From assembly GCF_018350175.1 (NCBI RefSeq), contig NC_058368.1, positions 210,554,001-210,618,000 of the forward strand: a DNA stretch of 64,000 bases. The letters are read 5' to 3'. Shown here piece after piece: positions 41,499-55,324 of this stretch. This stretch comes from Felis catus (taxonomy: Eukaryota). A program made the translations under genes and the position numbers. The notes under the pieces were generated by a model. It did not search any database. It was not told the DNA's origin and saw only the letters and a list, made by a program, of their open reading frames with translations. Numbering within the stretch: the first letter of the stretch is position 1; each line of letters opens with the position of its first letter.

Positions 41499-44440
41499 TA
41501 AATATGAGATGGTAACACACGTTGGATAGTTGTATACTTAGCAGCTCTGCAAAATGTTTGTAATGCATATGGGAGGTACATGGTCAAATCAGAGACCTTC
41601 ACTGTAGTGAATGATGGGTAGTTTTTAGAAAAACCCCAGAAAAAAACCACTGAGCTGACACAAATGCCATCTGATCTGCACCATTCCAGATGTCTTGACC
41701 ACATATTCTCACCACCTTCCTGCTGGTTCCGTCTTGTAGCCTCTCCAGAAGTGCTATGGAAACACAATATGCACATCTGAAATAGCGTCTACTTGGCTTT
41801 TCTGAAGGAAATTTCCGTGGAAACTAGAATGACAGGAGAGGCAAAGGCTAGTGGAAAATCAGTCGAATAATCCAGGGGCTCCCTAGACCCAGCCAAGATT
41901 GTTTAATTGCCCAAATCAGCTGCCTGTTTACCGGTTCTCATTTCATGTTCTACAGAACTAGCAGTTCACGCTTCTGACTTAGGCATTGTGTCTGAGACCA
42001 GTTTTTCTTTCCTAATGAAATGCAAAAGGAGGTTGGTGGGAACAAACTTGCAATCTGGCATTATACCTTGTCCTTGAGTATAAAATCAAGCATTAGCAGC
42101 AATTATGATTATAAGAGTATAATACATGGATTTTAAATCCCTCCAGTAACAGATAGACGTTCACACACTAAATTCAAATAATAACCTGTGCCCCAAAATA
42201 CTGAAACGTGGGATTTTAGAGCGGGGGTGGCTTTGATCTTTATCGAGACTTATCTCCTGATTTCTTCAAGAGATTGTCTATTATATCAGGAAAACAAACT
42301 TATGGCTTCCAGTCCTGAATTAACATGTAAGGTTTCTGTGTTCCAATTTCCCCAGAAGTTAAAGATGACAACAACACACCTCATAGGACCTCTGTGAATA
42401 AGGTATAGGACACCCTGGTTGGCATGGGGTGTTCCTAGTTCCTAGTTCCCATTTCTACAAAAGGTAAAGAACACATGTCCACCCGGTGAAAAATGTCTTC
42501 TAGGGCTGACACACTAGGTAGGTTCTGCTTTCCCACCACACAGATGTATATCACTTGTCTGGCATTTTCCCTGACTGTCTGCAATTGGGCACCCTGAACA
42601 TGCCTCTATTTTAGCACTTTGTGTTATTGGATCATTTGTTTACAAAGTTGCCACTTTTACCCGATTTTCCACCTTATGAGGGCAGGGTCCCCAACTTTAT
42701 TCACCTAACCCTGTGGCTGGCACATAGCAGGCTTTCCATGAATACTTGCCAAGGAAATGAAAGGGATAATGCTTAGGGAAATGCTTTGAAAATCACAAAA
42801 GCACTAACAAATCTAAGGGAGTAAGAGATTATATTCATCACTACTGATTCAGAGAAAAGGATTTGGAAAGTACAATGGCCAACAGAGGAGTAAATGATCT
42901 TATCATTAGGCCTCAAAGCCAACAGATAGGATTTTAGTCCAAAATTTAAAACCCCCTTTACAGATATCACAAAACAAAACAAACAAGAAAATGGAAAACT
43001 TAAAAAAACACTTGGGCCCCCCAAAACTAAAAACAGGACAAAAAGGTGTAAAATGTAAACAAAAACAATGGAAACAACCCCTTGAACAAAACAAAACCCT
43101 GAACTATGCCCTTCATTACTTCCTGGGCCTCTGCTGCTCTGTGTGGTTCTGCATCTGTCCATGGTCTGGGGGGCTGTGGGATGGGTGTTGGCAGCACTCC
43201 TCTGAACTGAGATTTCTCAGCTGCCTTGACTTGGTTTGAGCTCGTCACTAAAAATTCATCTAGACCAAGAAATGCATGTTCTTTACCTTCGAGAACATGG
43301 CCCCAGTCGGCTCGCTCACTGCATGTGCTTATAACTCTTCTCCCTGAAGCTTGTGGCAACATCCACAGGTATAAAACTCAGGACAATTTGTGGATGAATT
43401 TGGATTGGGGCAGTCTCTACACACAGAGAAGTGTTATTCCCGACTCATTGCTCAAATGCACCTGTGTCTGGAGTTGGCAACAGGTTCTCTTATTTCAGAT
43501 GGATGCAGCCGGGTAGTATTAGCAAGACAATCATGCTCTCGATAACTAACAACAGAAATTCTGGGCTTCTACTTTTTCAGAAAAACAGAATCTAATGGGA
43601 TATGTGGGGAACAAACTTCAGTTTTCGTAGACATGGCTGGCCATGGTAGTTCATACATCACGTGACCCTTTCTTTCTCAGTGTTTTTAGTTTGGTGGCCA
43701 TGTCGCTGTCTGGGACACTCCTGGTTTATGCTTGTTGTCCTGGAATGAGTATTTATAACTCCTCCTTTCACTTTCAAAAATGACCCAGTTTGGACAATAA
43801 ATGACATAGTCACCCCATTTGTTATTAGTGGGGTTTGTCACTCAAGAATAGGATAGTCCCTAGTCAAGGAGAAGGCGCATGCTTTGGGAGGAACCATGGT
43901 TAGACTCCCGACCATCAAACCCCACACTGAGGGGGGAGCAAAATGGACAAGTTACTTCATACTTCCAAGTCTCCATTCCATCATCTATTAAAAAAGAGAA
44001 TAATAATAATTATGATAATAATTGTACCAATGCCTGGGATTACTATGAGGATGTAGGGAGACAAGCTATGTAGAGCCCACTGGTATATAGTAAGTCTTAA
44101 CAATGATGGCTATCACCCTTGTTCTCCTTTTCCTCTTTCTTTCCTTGCCCTCTTCCTGCCTTCCTACCCCCTCCCTTCTCTCCTCCATCCTTTATTTCAT
44201 TCTTTCCTGTTTTTTTCCCTGAAATAATGGAATAATTTGGGTTGCCTGAAGCAAGAGTGCTCCTGCCTCAAGACAAATGCCCCTGGAGTGAAAAGGAGTG
44301 ATCCAAGCCATGCTTCTGAATCCTGTAGATGATACAGAGGGCTTGCCTTAATTCTGTCTTCTTTGTGCTTCGAGGAAGAGTAGGCAGAGCTCAGTCATCT
44401 TTGTCAGTCATCATGGTTCCAGTCCTGGGTTTCTGAAAAT

Positions 44441-44944
44441 TCACTGGTTTTGGTAGAAACTGGACATGGTGACATAGGCTTCTTCCTGGCTCGATCCCAA
44501 GGAAGTGAGAATGGGTTGTCCCTGGGCAGCTGGGTTCAATGTCAGGATTCCTGATTGGAAAGGAAATGGAGTGGGCCCAGGGCCATTTGTAGTTCCAGGG
44601 ACAAGCAGCAGGCCCTGGTACACATGAGGCCCATTCTTGCCACCATCCCTGAAGTCTGGGGGTCTGGAAGATGGGAGCACAAGGGCCTCACACATACTGA
44701 CATTCCCAGCCAGGCATCCGAGGGGTGAATCTCCTCTGAACGTTTTTGGGGTGATGACTGCATGCTCAGATGGCCAGGTGGGGCTCTGCACACCCCCTAC
44801 AAGCCTCTGCTTTTCAGACTCCTCTGGTTGTGGCAGAGAAGTGTCTTGCAGAAAGCCTTCGGCTTCATCTCTAGCTTGAATGCCATCCACCTTATGAATC
44901 TGGCAGTCCAGGAAACTTTCAGGATTGAAACTCACATTCAAATT
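44441..44944 (-). CDS. IL7R: IL7R exon 8 coding part ([17 protein letters not shown]...[15 protein letters not shown])
   Basis: Acceptor tttttttggtgtag|AAT; ends in YVTM STAT5/PI3K docking motif and TGA at 44443-44441. Confidence 0.97.
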   Translation of the reverse strand, partial: NLNVSFNPESFLDCQIHKVDGIQARDEAEGFLQDTSLPQPEESEKQRLVGGVQSPTWPSEHAVITPKTFRGDSPLGCLAGNVSMCEALVLPSSRPPDFRDGGKNGPHVYQGLLLVPGTTNGPGPTPFPFQSGILTLNPAAQGQPILTSLGSSQEEAYVTMSSFYQNQ

Positions 44945-45217
44945 CTACACCAAAAAAAGAGAGAAGGCATTGAGAGTGCTCCAAAGAGACACACCAGCAA
45001 AGGTTCAGTTCAGGGAAAGATGTAACAAACTTTCTGACAGGGGTTTACCAGAGAATGTCAGAGAATTACCCACATGTTCTAGTTGACTCTACCACTGGAT
45101 GCACTCTGACATGTCAGTCTGAAGGGACTGGCCATGCCCTCCAGCCCCATGAAAGCCCAGGAGACTTCTGAGACTTGTATCTCATTTTAGTTTTCTATAT
45201 CCAGGGAGCTACAGCTA

Positions 45218-45508
<291 letters not shown>

Positions 45509-45855
45509 TCAGAAGAGCAGATTTCTAGTCTTGGCTCAGCCACAACTAGGCGGGTGAACTTGGACAAGTGACTTGCTTTCCCTGGGCCTCAGTGTCCTAT
45601 TAATTCACAGAGGGGTTGGACCAGGGGTGATTGTCAGTGATCTCTGTGAACACCTTTGGGAGAGAACCCTGGAGAAGAGGAACAGTGAGGCTTGGCAAGG
45701 GTGTGGCTATGAAACCAACATTCCCCCGGCTCTTCTACTCTTAATATAGGTGTTGTCATCCTACTCCTTCTCTTAACTGATAGCAACTCCTCTGCTCTGA
45801 TTTTTGTGGAAGTGAGGAATATTTTCTAAACCACCCAGGGAAATTAGAGTATCAT

Positions 45856-46060
45856 GGGGCACCTCAATGGTTCAGTTGGTTGAGCATCCGACTTCAGTCA
45901 GGTCATAATCTCATGGTTTGTGAGCTGGAGCCCTGCATCAGGCTCTGTGCTGTCAGCACAGAACCTGCTTCAGATCCTCTGTCCCCCCCTGTCTCTGCCC
46001 CTCACCCACTTGCTCTCTCTCTCTCTCTCTCAAAAATAAATAAACATTAAAAAAGACAAA
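45856..46060 (+). mobile_element. CAN-SINE in IL7R intron 6 (antisense to IL7R)
   Basis: Head, (CT)n, tail. Confidence 0.88.
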
Positions 46061-46534
46061 AAGACAAATTGAAGTATCATGAGAGCATGTGGCACTGTGC
46101 TGAAGGCATCTTCCTAGAACATTAATAACTTGATGGTATGTGTCAAAAGCATCATTTTCATAATGAAACAGACAGGGCTCTGTCATGAGGTAGAATGCAA
46201 AAGTCCCATGAATTTGTGTGCTGAAATTCAAGACTTCAAATACATTCTGTATTTTCCATGGGTACCCCCAGCTGCCCAGACATTTTGGAGGCATGGTTCC
46301 CACTATTTTAGAAGAAAAAGTTTGGGGGCAGTGTTTGCCCTATGTCTAATTTATGTATTTTCACCTCTTATGAAATTAAATGTGGAAATTCACCAGTTCC
46401 TTAGGGTGGGGAGGGATGTTGGGCACTACAATTCCTGAAATGTCTTTTTCCCTTTGTAGTTTTCTCATCAATAAATAGGCTAGAGCTCCAACTGTCTGGG
46501 ACCCCATGTAACCATCCTATTGATTACAGTTCAC

Positions 46535-46628
46535 CTTTTTTTCCATAATGCACAGGCCAAGATGACCATCAGAGACACAGAGAAGAAACTCAGAATGCTA
46601 ATAGTTAGTAAAATAGGATCCATCCTCC
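46535..46628 (-). CDS. IL7R: IL7R exon 6 (94 nt; transmembrane, [32 protein letters not shown])
   Basis: Acceptor ttgcattccag|GG, donor AG|gtgaac; hydrophobic helix followed by WKKR stop-transfer. Confidence 0.95.
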
Positions 46629-47529
46629 CTGGAATGCAAGGAAAGATCTTGGTTAGTAATCATTAAACATGGAGTTGGGGAGGCTTTCAGTATGCTTTGA
46701 GTTTATTTAGTAACTCGAGACCATTTACTATTTCTTCAAAGTCACCCTTCAGTGAACAGGATAATGTACTAGCTTTATGCACAAAGAATTTTGGCTTCAG
46801 TAAGTGGCACTCACGTGAGTGACCAGGTGTAGAACATCTGTCATTTGAAATGTAAAAGTGGCCCAGCATTAAGGATAGCAGTACTCTTTCCCCAACATCT
46901 ACCATCAAGAGAAGTAAACCTCGCAGGGGAATCAGGAGGGGGATGCTCTACCTCACAGGTTCATCAAGTTCCAGTCTGAGAATGGGATGTTGGTATGTCA
47001 AGAATAGTTCCCCTCATACTTCAAAGAGAAGGTATATGTGGAGTGAGCCGTGTTCTTTGGCTTTTCTGGCCATTCTCACTTCCTAGACCATGTGGATACC
47101 TTTGTTATTCTGGAAAAGGAGGCATGAATGAGCAGCACTAACCTGCTCATCTTCTATCACCAAAGGTGTTCCCTTAGAGGAGCTTTTGAGAGACCAGCCA
47201 TTGGGATTCCAGTCTAAATTGGTAGAGTGGAGGTAGTAGGTGGGGACTTTATTCAGAATTATTATCAGCTCCCAAGAACACCTGGGTCAGTGGAGTCCAG
47301 GGCAGCCTATATCATTTGATCAATGACTATGGGTTCTATTCCCACTACTTCCTTACTCTTCACAAGAGGGGCAAAGATGGCAGGTCATTCTCCAAAGACA
47401 GTGTAAACATACCCTCAGGGGAGTCCTAACATGTGGGTTCCTTTCACCTTTCTGCCTCTCACTCTTGTTCACACACCTTAACATGCAAAGCACTCTGCAG
47501 GGGACAAAGATTCTGCTGTCACTTCCCAC

Positions 47530-47692
47530 CTGTGATCTCTGGAGTTCTGAAGTGGAAGCTTGGACTCCATTCACTCCAGAAGCCTTCAAAATAGTCATGA
47601 TTAGGAATGGACCGGACTTTAATCTCATACATTGCATCAGGTTGTAGCTTTCTCTGTAGGAGTGCCAGCTTTGTACTGGATAAGTTCACATG
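47530..47692 (-). CDS. IL7R: IL7R exon 5 (163 nt; [54 protein letters not shown])
   Basis: Acceptor ctctttag|CAT; WSEWS (WSXWS) motif of type I cytokine receptors; phase-1 donor G|gtggga. Confidence 0.93.
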
Positions 47693-48697
47693 CTAAAGAG
47701 CAAAACATGCCATTATATTTTTAGGGTCAAAAAGACGTGTTGCCTAGATCCCCCAAATCATTTCAAGTTAAGTGAATTTAGTCATGTGGGTACTCTTGTT
47801 AGGAAAAGGAGATATGACATGGAGAGGAGCATGTGTGAGCTCATAAATGATGCTACCAGTGGTCAAGGAGGGCAACAGTACCATGGGTCTTTGTTTAGGT
47901 GAGCTGGACTCTTCAATACCAGGAGGATATAAATCACTCCCAGGCCCCCACCTTCCTTTCCACACTTCGATTTCTCTCTCTCTCTTTTTTTTTCTCTTTT
48001 TCTCCTCTTTCACATCCCAAAGGAAAATACAAGGGAATGGTAAGGTAAGTGAGCAGGAATAATTTCTCTCTAGAAAGATTCAATTCTACATTGCAAATAG
48101 CAATATAGAGAACAACAGTCTCTTCAGCAATGTGCATTATCCTTAAGAAAAAATTATCAATTTGATGGATAAAAAGTTAATATTCCACTGTTATTTACAT
48201 TTATACTTATTTGATTATTAGTTTTCATATATTTATTGCATTTACATATATCTTATTTTATGAGACATTTCCAAGTTTCTTGCTAATTTTTTCTGTTGTT
48301 ACATTTGTCCTGTTCTTAATGATTTATAAGGCCTCTTTACAGATGAAGGATATTAACCATCTGTCAGTTGTATGTATGGCAATTTAATCCTAATATCTAA
48401 TTTGCCTTACAATTTTGATTGTCATGTGTGCTGACATTTATAAGCCTTTATTTTTATATATTCATATGTATCCATCTTTTTCTCTCTTTACTGCTTTTAT
48501 GCTTAGAATATTTTTCTTCATCTCAAGATTACATAAGCATTTACCTATATTTTTTCTACTTTGTTTAGTGTTTTCACTTTTACATAATTTATTTAAATCA
48601 TCTTTTTATTCTATTTTTTAAGTTAGGCATTTAACTTAATTATTTCCCCAAACAGCTAACTGTCCTGGTATCATTTATTCAAAATTCTTCTTTTCTT

Positions 48698-48771
48698 GGG
48701 GCTCTGGGCTGGCTCAGTTGGAGGAGTGTGCAACTCTTGATCTTGGGGTGATGAGTTTGAGCCCCACTGTG

Positions 48772-48802
<31 letters not shown>

Positions 48803-48808
48803 TTTTTA
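48698..48808 (+). mobile_element. Short CAN-SINE with (TA)n
   Basis: Head ggctggctcagttgg...gagtttgagcccc then (TA)n and T run. Confidence 0.7.
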
Positions 48809-49501
48809 ATGCTTCCTTTCTCCACTATAGTTGCTTTTCCATTGGTGCAATTTTCAAATGAAGACTCAAGAGAACAGGACCAACGTACCCTCATTTGTGT
48901 GGTAGAAGGAGGGTAGAACTGTTTTAGGGTAGACATTACACTTATGTAAGTACTATACAGCAGCATATTGCAAACAAAGAAGGCTGATCCTGGCCTAAGA
49001 AAAGAGAACAGCATGGGTATAAATAGGCATTCTTTTCACTGTGAGAAAGATAAGCCATCATCTGGTTTTTGTCCATGTGTTACAAATAGGGCAGAATTTA
49101 AGCCAGTGAGCCCAGAGGAGCCTAAAAACCTGGGACACTTCACTTTTCTCCCACCTTCTCCTCAAGATAGATTGCAGGGATGGCCAGACCATTCCAAGGA
49201 CAATGAGAGCTATAACAGGATGGCCCAGAGAAGATCCAGGTTTTGTGAAACCTGAATTTCTTATACTTTGGGGAACTTCTTCCAGTAAAAGGTATATTTT
49301 GAACACAAAATTGCAAGGGGCCCTCCCCAGGTGAATGTACCTCTGGGATGAAAAAATTTATAACATTAAGAAGTTTTTATTTTATGATTTTATATACATA
49401 TATTATAATTTTATGTATTTTATAGAAATTTACTTATTCAATATACTTATGCAGTCATCTTTATACATTTTTTAATGTATAAATGTAGTTGATCTACATA
49501 C

Positions 49502-49659
49502 CATCCAGTCATTTTCATGTTTTTCCTGGCGATAGGCTACCTCATGCAATAATTCTTTCACATACTTCTTTTGTAAGTGAGATGTGTTAAATGTCACCAG
49601 AAAGTCATTTGCTCCCTCACGATAGATGACTCTTACGTCAAAAGGAGCCTCAGGTTTAA
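49502..49659 (-). CDS. IL7R: IL7R exon 4 (158 nt; [53 protein letters not shown])
   Basis: Acceptor ttttccag|TT, donor ATG|gtatgt; KPEAPFD...YREGANDF...[13 protein letters not shown] signature of IL-7Ralpha. Confidence 0.96.
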
Positions 49660-49789
49660 CTGGAAAAGAAAAAGAAAGGAGGTCAGTCTGTAGGGCAGTC
49701 AAGAAAATAATTATACTTTTTAAAGTTCATCCATTCTGAAAATCACATTCTTTTTCTGGGTCAGTAATCAAGCAACAAATCAGAACACA

Positions 49790-50125
49790 TTTATTCTTCC
49801 TGGTTCAAAGCTTGACTAGACTTTTCAGCCTCCTCTGCAGTAGAATGTAGCCTTGTGAACAACGTGAGTGGAAATGTGCACCACCTCCCACCTGGCCCAG
49901 AAAGCTTACATGTGTGACCTTATGTTTGTTTCCTTTCCACCATTTGGAGTCATATGTTGAAGACAGTGGAACCACAGGATGAAAGAAGCCTGAATATTGT
50001 TTGAAAGAGCACTATGCACACACTAGAAATACCCATTTTGGCTTTTATGTGAGCAAGAAATAAACTTACGGTGTTTGAGGTATCATGTTTTAGGGCTTAT
50101 TTGTTATAGCAGCTAGTGCTAATTC
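49790..50125 (+). mobile_element. MaLR (MLT1-like) LTR remnant
   Basis: catatgttgaagacagtggaaccacaggatgaaagaagcctg...gtgagcaagaaataaactt...tttgttatagcagctag. Confidence 0.65.
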
Positions 50126-50945
50126 TACACTAAAACACATTCACTTTGCCTTTCGAATACTACAGAATTTGTTACTAAGTAGCCTAAAAGCAGGAGTGTT
50201 TAAACTTTGAGTCTTCATTATTCCAATAAATCGGGTTTTAAGCTGGGAGCCTTGTACCTCATCTCAGCTATATAGAAGCTGAGGGTCTGCATTCTGTCCC
50301 TAAGCTCATAATTTTTAGTGTGACTTTAGTCTGGTTGGTATTAGCTCTGAATTCCTCTCTAGTCTCTTTCTTCTGTCTGCCTGCTGAGCAAACTTACTCT
50401 TAGGATCACAGGCACCATATATGAAATGCTGTTGGAGGGAAATAGGTTTTATTTCAGGCAGAACCTACCCTGAGAAAGGTACTGAATTCTTTGAAAAGCA
50501 TGCATGTCAAGCAGCCTCCCCATCATTGACCAGGGGCTTTCCTGTCTTGGGTTCTTAGCTGCTCTATCACCAAAGCCTGGGACGTTTGTTTTCTAAAGAT
50601 GGGGCAGCCACTTTTTTGCATGGCTGGTCTCAGAGAATGAGAGCACATAGACTAAAATCTAATCTAAACCTATTGTTAATGAGAGAGTATGTGTTCATTA
50701 AACTCTTACCCTCTAGACTGAGCTGAATTCTAGGCTCTCTGCGCTGGGATTTATGGCAGACTTGTTGACCCAGTAAAGTGAACTCATGTAATGGAGTTTG
50801 GCTCACTTACTGTAGTCACTTGCTCATAGTGGTGACCACCTAAGTTTCTCCTGCATTGCCCCAGAGATCCTGAAAAAGAGGAAGTGTCTCCTTCTTTGCC
50901 CTTGGATGTCTTGTAAAAGGGGAAGTTTATCCTTCCTTACTTTTA

Positions 50946-51179
50946 TTTTTTTATTATTTTTTTTTAATTTTTTTTTCAACGTTTATTTATTTTTGGGACA
51001 GAGAGAGACAGAGCATGAACAGGGGAGGGGCAGAGAGAGAGGGAGACACAGAATCGGAAACAGGCTCCAGGCTCTGAGCCATCAGCCCAGAGCCCGACGC
51101 GGGGCTCGAACCCACGGAGCGCGAGATCGTGACCTGGCTGAAGTCGGACGCTTGACCGACTGCGCCACCCAGGCGCCCC
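50946..51179 (-). mobile_element. Young CAN-SINE (SINEC_Fc-like)
   Basis: Near-identical to the other young copies; T-rich tail. Confidence 0.93.
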
Positions 51180-53459
51180 CCTTCTTTACTTTTAGATTCA
51201 CTATAGAAAGGGGAGATACCCTGGGGGAACAGGAGGAAAGGGTGGTGAGTGTAGAGAAACAGACCAACAGAGAACCCCTGCCAAGCCAGTTCCTACTCTT
51301 CATTCAAGGGAATAATTAAGATTCACATTTTCAGTGAAACCTCTGATGCTAAATTCCTTGCCTCATCCCCATCTCTCAAGGTCTCATAATAATGGAAGAA
51401 TTAAGGAAAGAACAGACTGATATTGATTATACACCTACTAAGCACTTATGCCAGCTTCCACCAATAATCTCTATCATCACTACATTGATGAAGAAACTGA
51501 GTCTCAGAGAGGTTAATTAACTTAAGTTCAGGTTCCTATAAAATAGTTTGATATTATTTAAATCCAATTCTGTCTGATTCTGAAGCTCACTCTTCTTCAT
51601 TTAGCTTTTCTTTCTGTACTCAATTATCTCACTCTGGCTTGTCCAGGTGTCTTCCAAATAGTGCTGTCTCTGGTTCAAAGAGTGTCTCTGAGCACATCAG
51701 AAAAAGTTGCTCATTTCTCAAGCAACATTTTTATAGCTTAGTTTATTCTGTGAGCAAACTGAACAATTACACAGACTCACTCTACCAAGACAAATGGGAA
51801 GGCAGGAAGCTGACCCTCTAGCCTTATCAGAGGGCCCATATCTAAAGAAGGGGGAGTGAGGGGCAGGTGGTTGCAGGGTAGCTCTGGTCTAGGGCTCAAT
51901 CAGGAACTTCCAATTTAAATTCAATTAAATGACAGTTCTGCTAATCAAATGTCACCTTAGGAACCAGAAGAAGGTGCTGCTGAGCGACATACCTCCATTA
52001 CCTCTCATCTGGCTGCTTAAGGGTGCTTTTCAAAGCCTGAAGGGGCTCACCACACCCAGTTCACAAGGGCCCAGGCTACCAGCTGTGAGCACAACTACCT
52101 TTCTCCCTTGGCCTCTCAGACGTGGCTTGGTAGGTTTGCTTCTGCTGAGATATAGAAAATAGGCTTCTGAGAGCACTGGATATGTGAGATCTGGGGATTC
52201 AGATCAGCAGGGTGCTACCTGGAGCCTTGAGTAGTCACATGCTCGCTCTGTAAAATGCCATGATGCTGTCAGAGGACTGAGAATCTCTGTCTTCCCTACC
52301 TGATTTTAGAGTAGTGAATATAGATTTGCAACCCCAATGTAAACATTTAGATATGGTGCTCTTGTGCAGTGCACAAACTGACCATCCATCCATAACAGCC
52401 TAGTCTCCAAATGACCAAAACCTACTTTGCTTGTGTCCTATATTCAGAATTACCTTGCAGTTACATTGGTTGTGGCCTATGTTGCTGTGTGTTCAATATG
52501 CACAAACCATTTGCCTAATGTCTCTTTTTCACTATCTGAACTTTTATAGGGTAATTATTCACACATGGAACTTTTGTTTTCATTCTTTATTTTACCAACT
52601 TAGTGAGGCAAAGCTGAGACTAGATTCAAAGTTTGTCACCTCTTTATTGTCTCTAATGAGTATTATTCTTTTATCTTTAATTTTCTTTTGGGATGGTGAA
52701 GAAGGGGTTGAAAATAGGGAGAGAGAGTGAGCCATAGTACTTAAAACCAGCAAAAGAATGAATGTACCTCTTCTATCACTTTGACCAGTTTCCCTCCTAC
52801 ATATATTATTTTATTTGTAAATCTCCATAGGTATAATAAACACAAGTAGTCATTATTCCATTGCACTAATGCATCATAATTGGCTTAGACATTCTCCTAT
52901 ATCAGAGTCTCTCTGAGGTTTTGAATGTAACTTTATTCACCCTAGGGTTATAATCTGTAAGTAATAGAAAAGAAAATTTCTTGGGTCTATATTCTCAATC
53001 TTTCTGATTATTTTGATTTACTTGCCTGGCAACTAAATGATGAATTGGTAATTAATATTGACTTATAGTCAGATAATTGAATGGATTTACTGATTCATAT
53101 TACTATGTATATGAATATTATATAGATCAAAAGGAAACATGTAGGTGAATTTACCAATTTCGATTATAATTTTGTTTGAAATATTTTTTGACCAAATGTA
53201 ATATGAATATTCTAAGCCAAATATTAATTGATATTAACTTTTCAAAATAACTTGATAATTTAACTAAACATACTCTGAATATGGTGGATATATAGGAAGA
53301 AAAATACAAGGAATTCAGGAGAAGGAAAGATGAAGAGGGAAAGGGCATCAGAGGTCCAGCTCTAGTGACTTCATGTAGAACTCTTCCTGCAATCTGTAGG
53401 TGCCAATCACTATCTTTCATGGCTGAGTTTGAAGACCCTCAAAATTCTTTTCAAAAAAC

Positions 53460-53670
53460 TTTTTAAAAATGTTTATTTATTTTTCAAAGAGAGAGATAGA
53501 GTGTGAGCAGAAAAGGGGCAGAGAGAAAGGGAGACACAGAATCAGAAGCAGGCTCCAGGCTCAGAGCTGTCAGCACAGAGCCCAATGCAGGGCTCAAACT
53601 CACAAACTTTGAGATCATGACCCTAGCCAAAGTCACACACTTAACCCGCTGAGCCACCCAGGCATCCCCC
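53460..53670 (-). mobile_element. CAN-SINE
   Basis: Reverse head, (AG)n; TSD-like ccctca(a/g)aattct. Confidence 0.88.
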
Positions 53671-53876
53671 TCAGAATTCTCTCATATTAAGAATTAGTGT
53701 CACATGCTTCAAAACTTCCAGGTCTTAAAAAAATTCCTTCCATTAAGGACTTTGCTATTCTCTATTGCAAAGAGCTTTCATGATTTGTCTACTTTTAACA
53801 TGCAGAAAGTCCAGACACAATCAGTGTCTTCATATATGTCCGAATGGCAAGCCTACTCCCATATACAACTTCTTAC

Positions 53877-54034
53877 CTATCTTGACTACGTTCATTTTCC
53901 TGCAAGTTATCTTTTTTCCTTTAAGCTTCACACATATTTCGCTGTCTCCAATCAGTAAGAATTTCTTTGTCCTGATGAAATACATCTCTTGCATTTTATT
54001 AAAAGTCAGGCATTTCACATCCAAAAGAGCCCCA
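53877..54034 (-). CDS. IL7R: IL7R exon 3 (158 nt; [52 protein letters not shown])
   Basis: Minus-strand acceptor tttctacag|T, donor G|gtaaga; similar to recalled IL-7Ralpha first FN3 domain; length matches recalled human exon. Confidence 0.93.
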
Positions 54035-54166
54035 CTGTAGAAACAAAAAAGGAATCTATCTTAATTCAAGTAAGAGTTTCTGTATACAATGGAATAGCAT
54101 TACATGTACATTTCAGTTTTGTGACTTCAACTCTGTCCACTGGTATGTGGATGTATAGGTGCTTCT

Positions 54167-54177
54167 GTGTGTGTGTA

Positions 54178-54225
<48 letters not shown>
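54167..54225. repeat. Compound (TG)n(AG)n microsatellite
   Basis: Directly visible, about 130 nt upstream of the IL7R exon 3 acceptor. Confidence 0.95.
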
Positions 54226-54229
<4 letters not shown>

Positions 54230-54723
54230 TAAATAATGTGGCTTCTTGGTACCAGCACAATGGTATAATGATGATATACTCTGGCGTTACATGCAACTGA
54301 ATATGAAACTGTCAAAGCCTGTTCATGAAAAACCTGGAAAATTCCTATTTTTAAATAATTGATCATTGAAAAACAAAAATATTTTGTAGGTGGTTAGATA
54401 ATTGCTCTTTTTGATGTTCTGCAGAAATAAATTCAGGAAATGAAGCCTGTAAAGGAACATTGACCAAAACAAAGTTAAAGGAAATGATACAATAGTCTAG
54501 AGGATTATATACATAAAACCATATACACTTAATGAGTAATTTGGGGACTTTCAAAGGTAATTTTGACTGTGCTCCACTTTTACCTCATCAACAAACTTTA
54601 AAATCAACCCTTATTCCCATGTTCCCTTTCCTCTTCCCAACTAAGATCAGTCTTTCAATAAACTGAGGAAGAGAGATTGTTGCTTATTGTACAACTAACA
54701 TCAAAAGCTTCACATTGCACTTT

Positions 54724-54940
54724 CTTTTTTAAATTTTTTTTTCAACATTTATTTATTTTTGGGACAGAGAGAGAGCATGAACAGGGGAGGGGCAGAGAGA
54801 GAGGGAGACACAGAATCAGAAACAGGCTCCAGGCTCTGAGCCATCAGCCCAGAGCCTGACGCGGGGCTCAAACTCCCGGACCGCGAGATCGTGACCTGGC
54901 TGAAGTCGGACGCCCAACCGACTGCGCCACCCAGGCGCCC
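54724..54940 (-). mobile_element. Young CAN-SINE (SINEC_Fc-like)
   Basis: TSD cacattgcacttt at 54711-54723 and 54941-54953. Confidence 0.95.
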
Positions 54941-55114
54941 CACATTGCACTTTTTTCAATAAAAAGTATAACTATTGGGTCCAGTAATAGCAGAACAACT
55001 TGTATCATACTAACCTTCCAATATATAACTATTATCAACCTTGGACAAGATATTTTTGAAAATCCTTTTTAAAAGTTTTAAAGAGGAATCAAAAGTATGC
55101 AGAAATTACAGGGA

Positions 55115-55324
55115 ATTTTTAAAAAATGTTAACTTATTTAATTTGAGAGAGAGATAGAGAGTGAGCAGGGGAGGGGCAGAGAGAGACGGAGACAGAGAAT
55201 CCCAAGCAGGCTCCGTGCTGTCAGTGTGGAGTCCAGTGTGGGGCTTCAACCCATGAACTGTTAGATGATGACCTGAGCCCAAATCAAGAGTTGGAGTCTT
55301 CACCAACTGAGCCACCCATGCACT
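55115..55324 (-). mobile_element. CAN-SINE
   Basis: Reverse head, (AG)n; TSD-like agggaatttt. Confidence 0.85.

Noticed and set aside
46111..46119. STAT5 GAS-like TTCNNNGAA sites (also near 3441, 23620, 63450)
   Set aside because: Frequency is compatible with chance; no tandem arrangement or conservation data.
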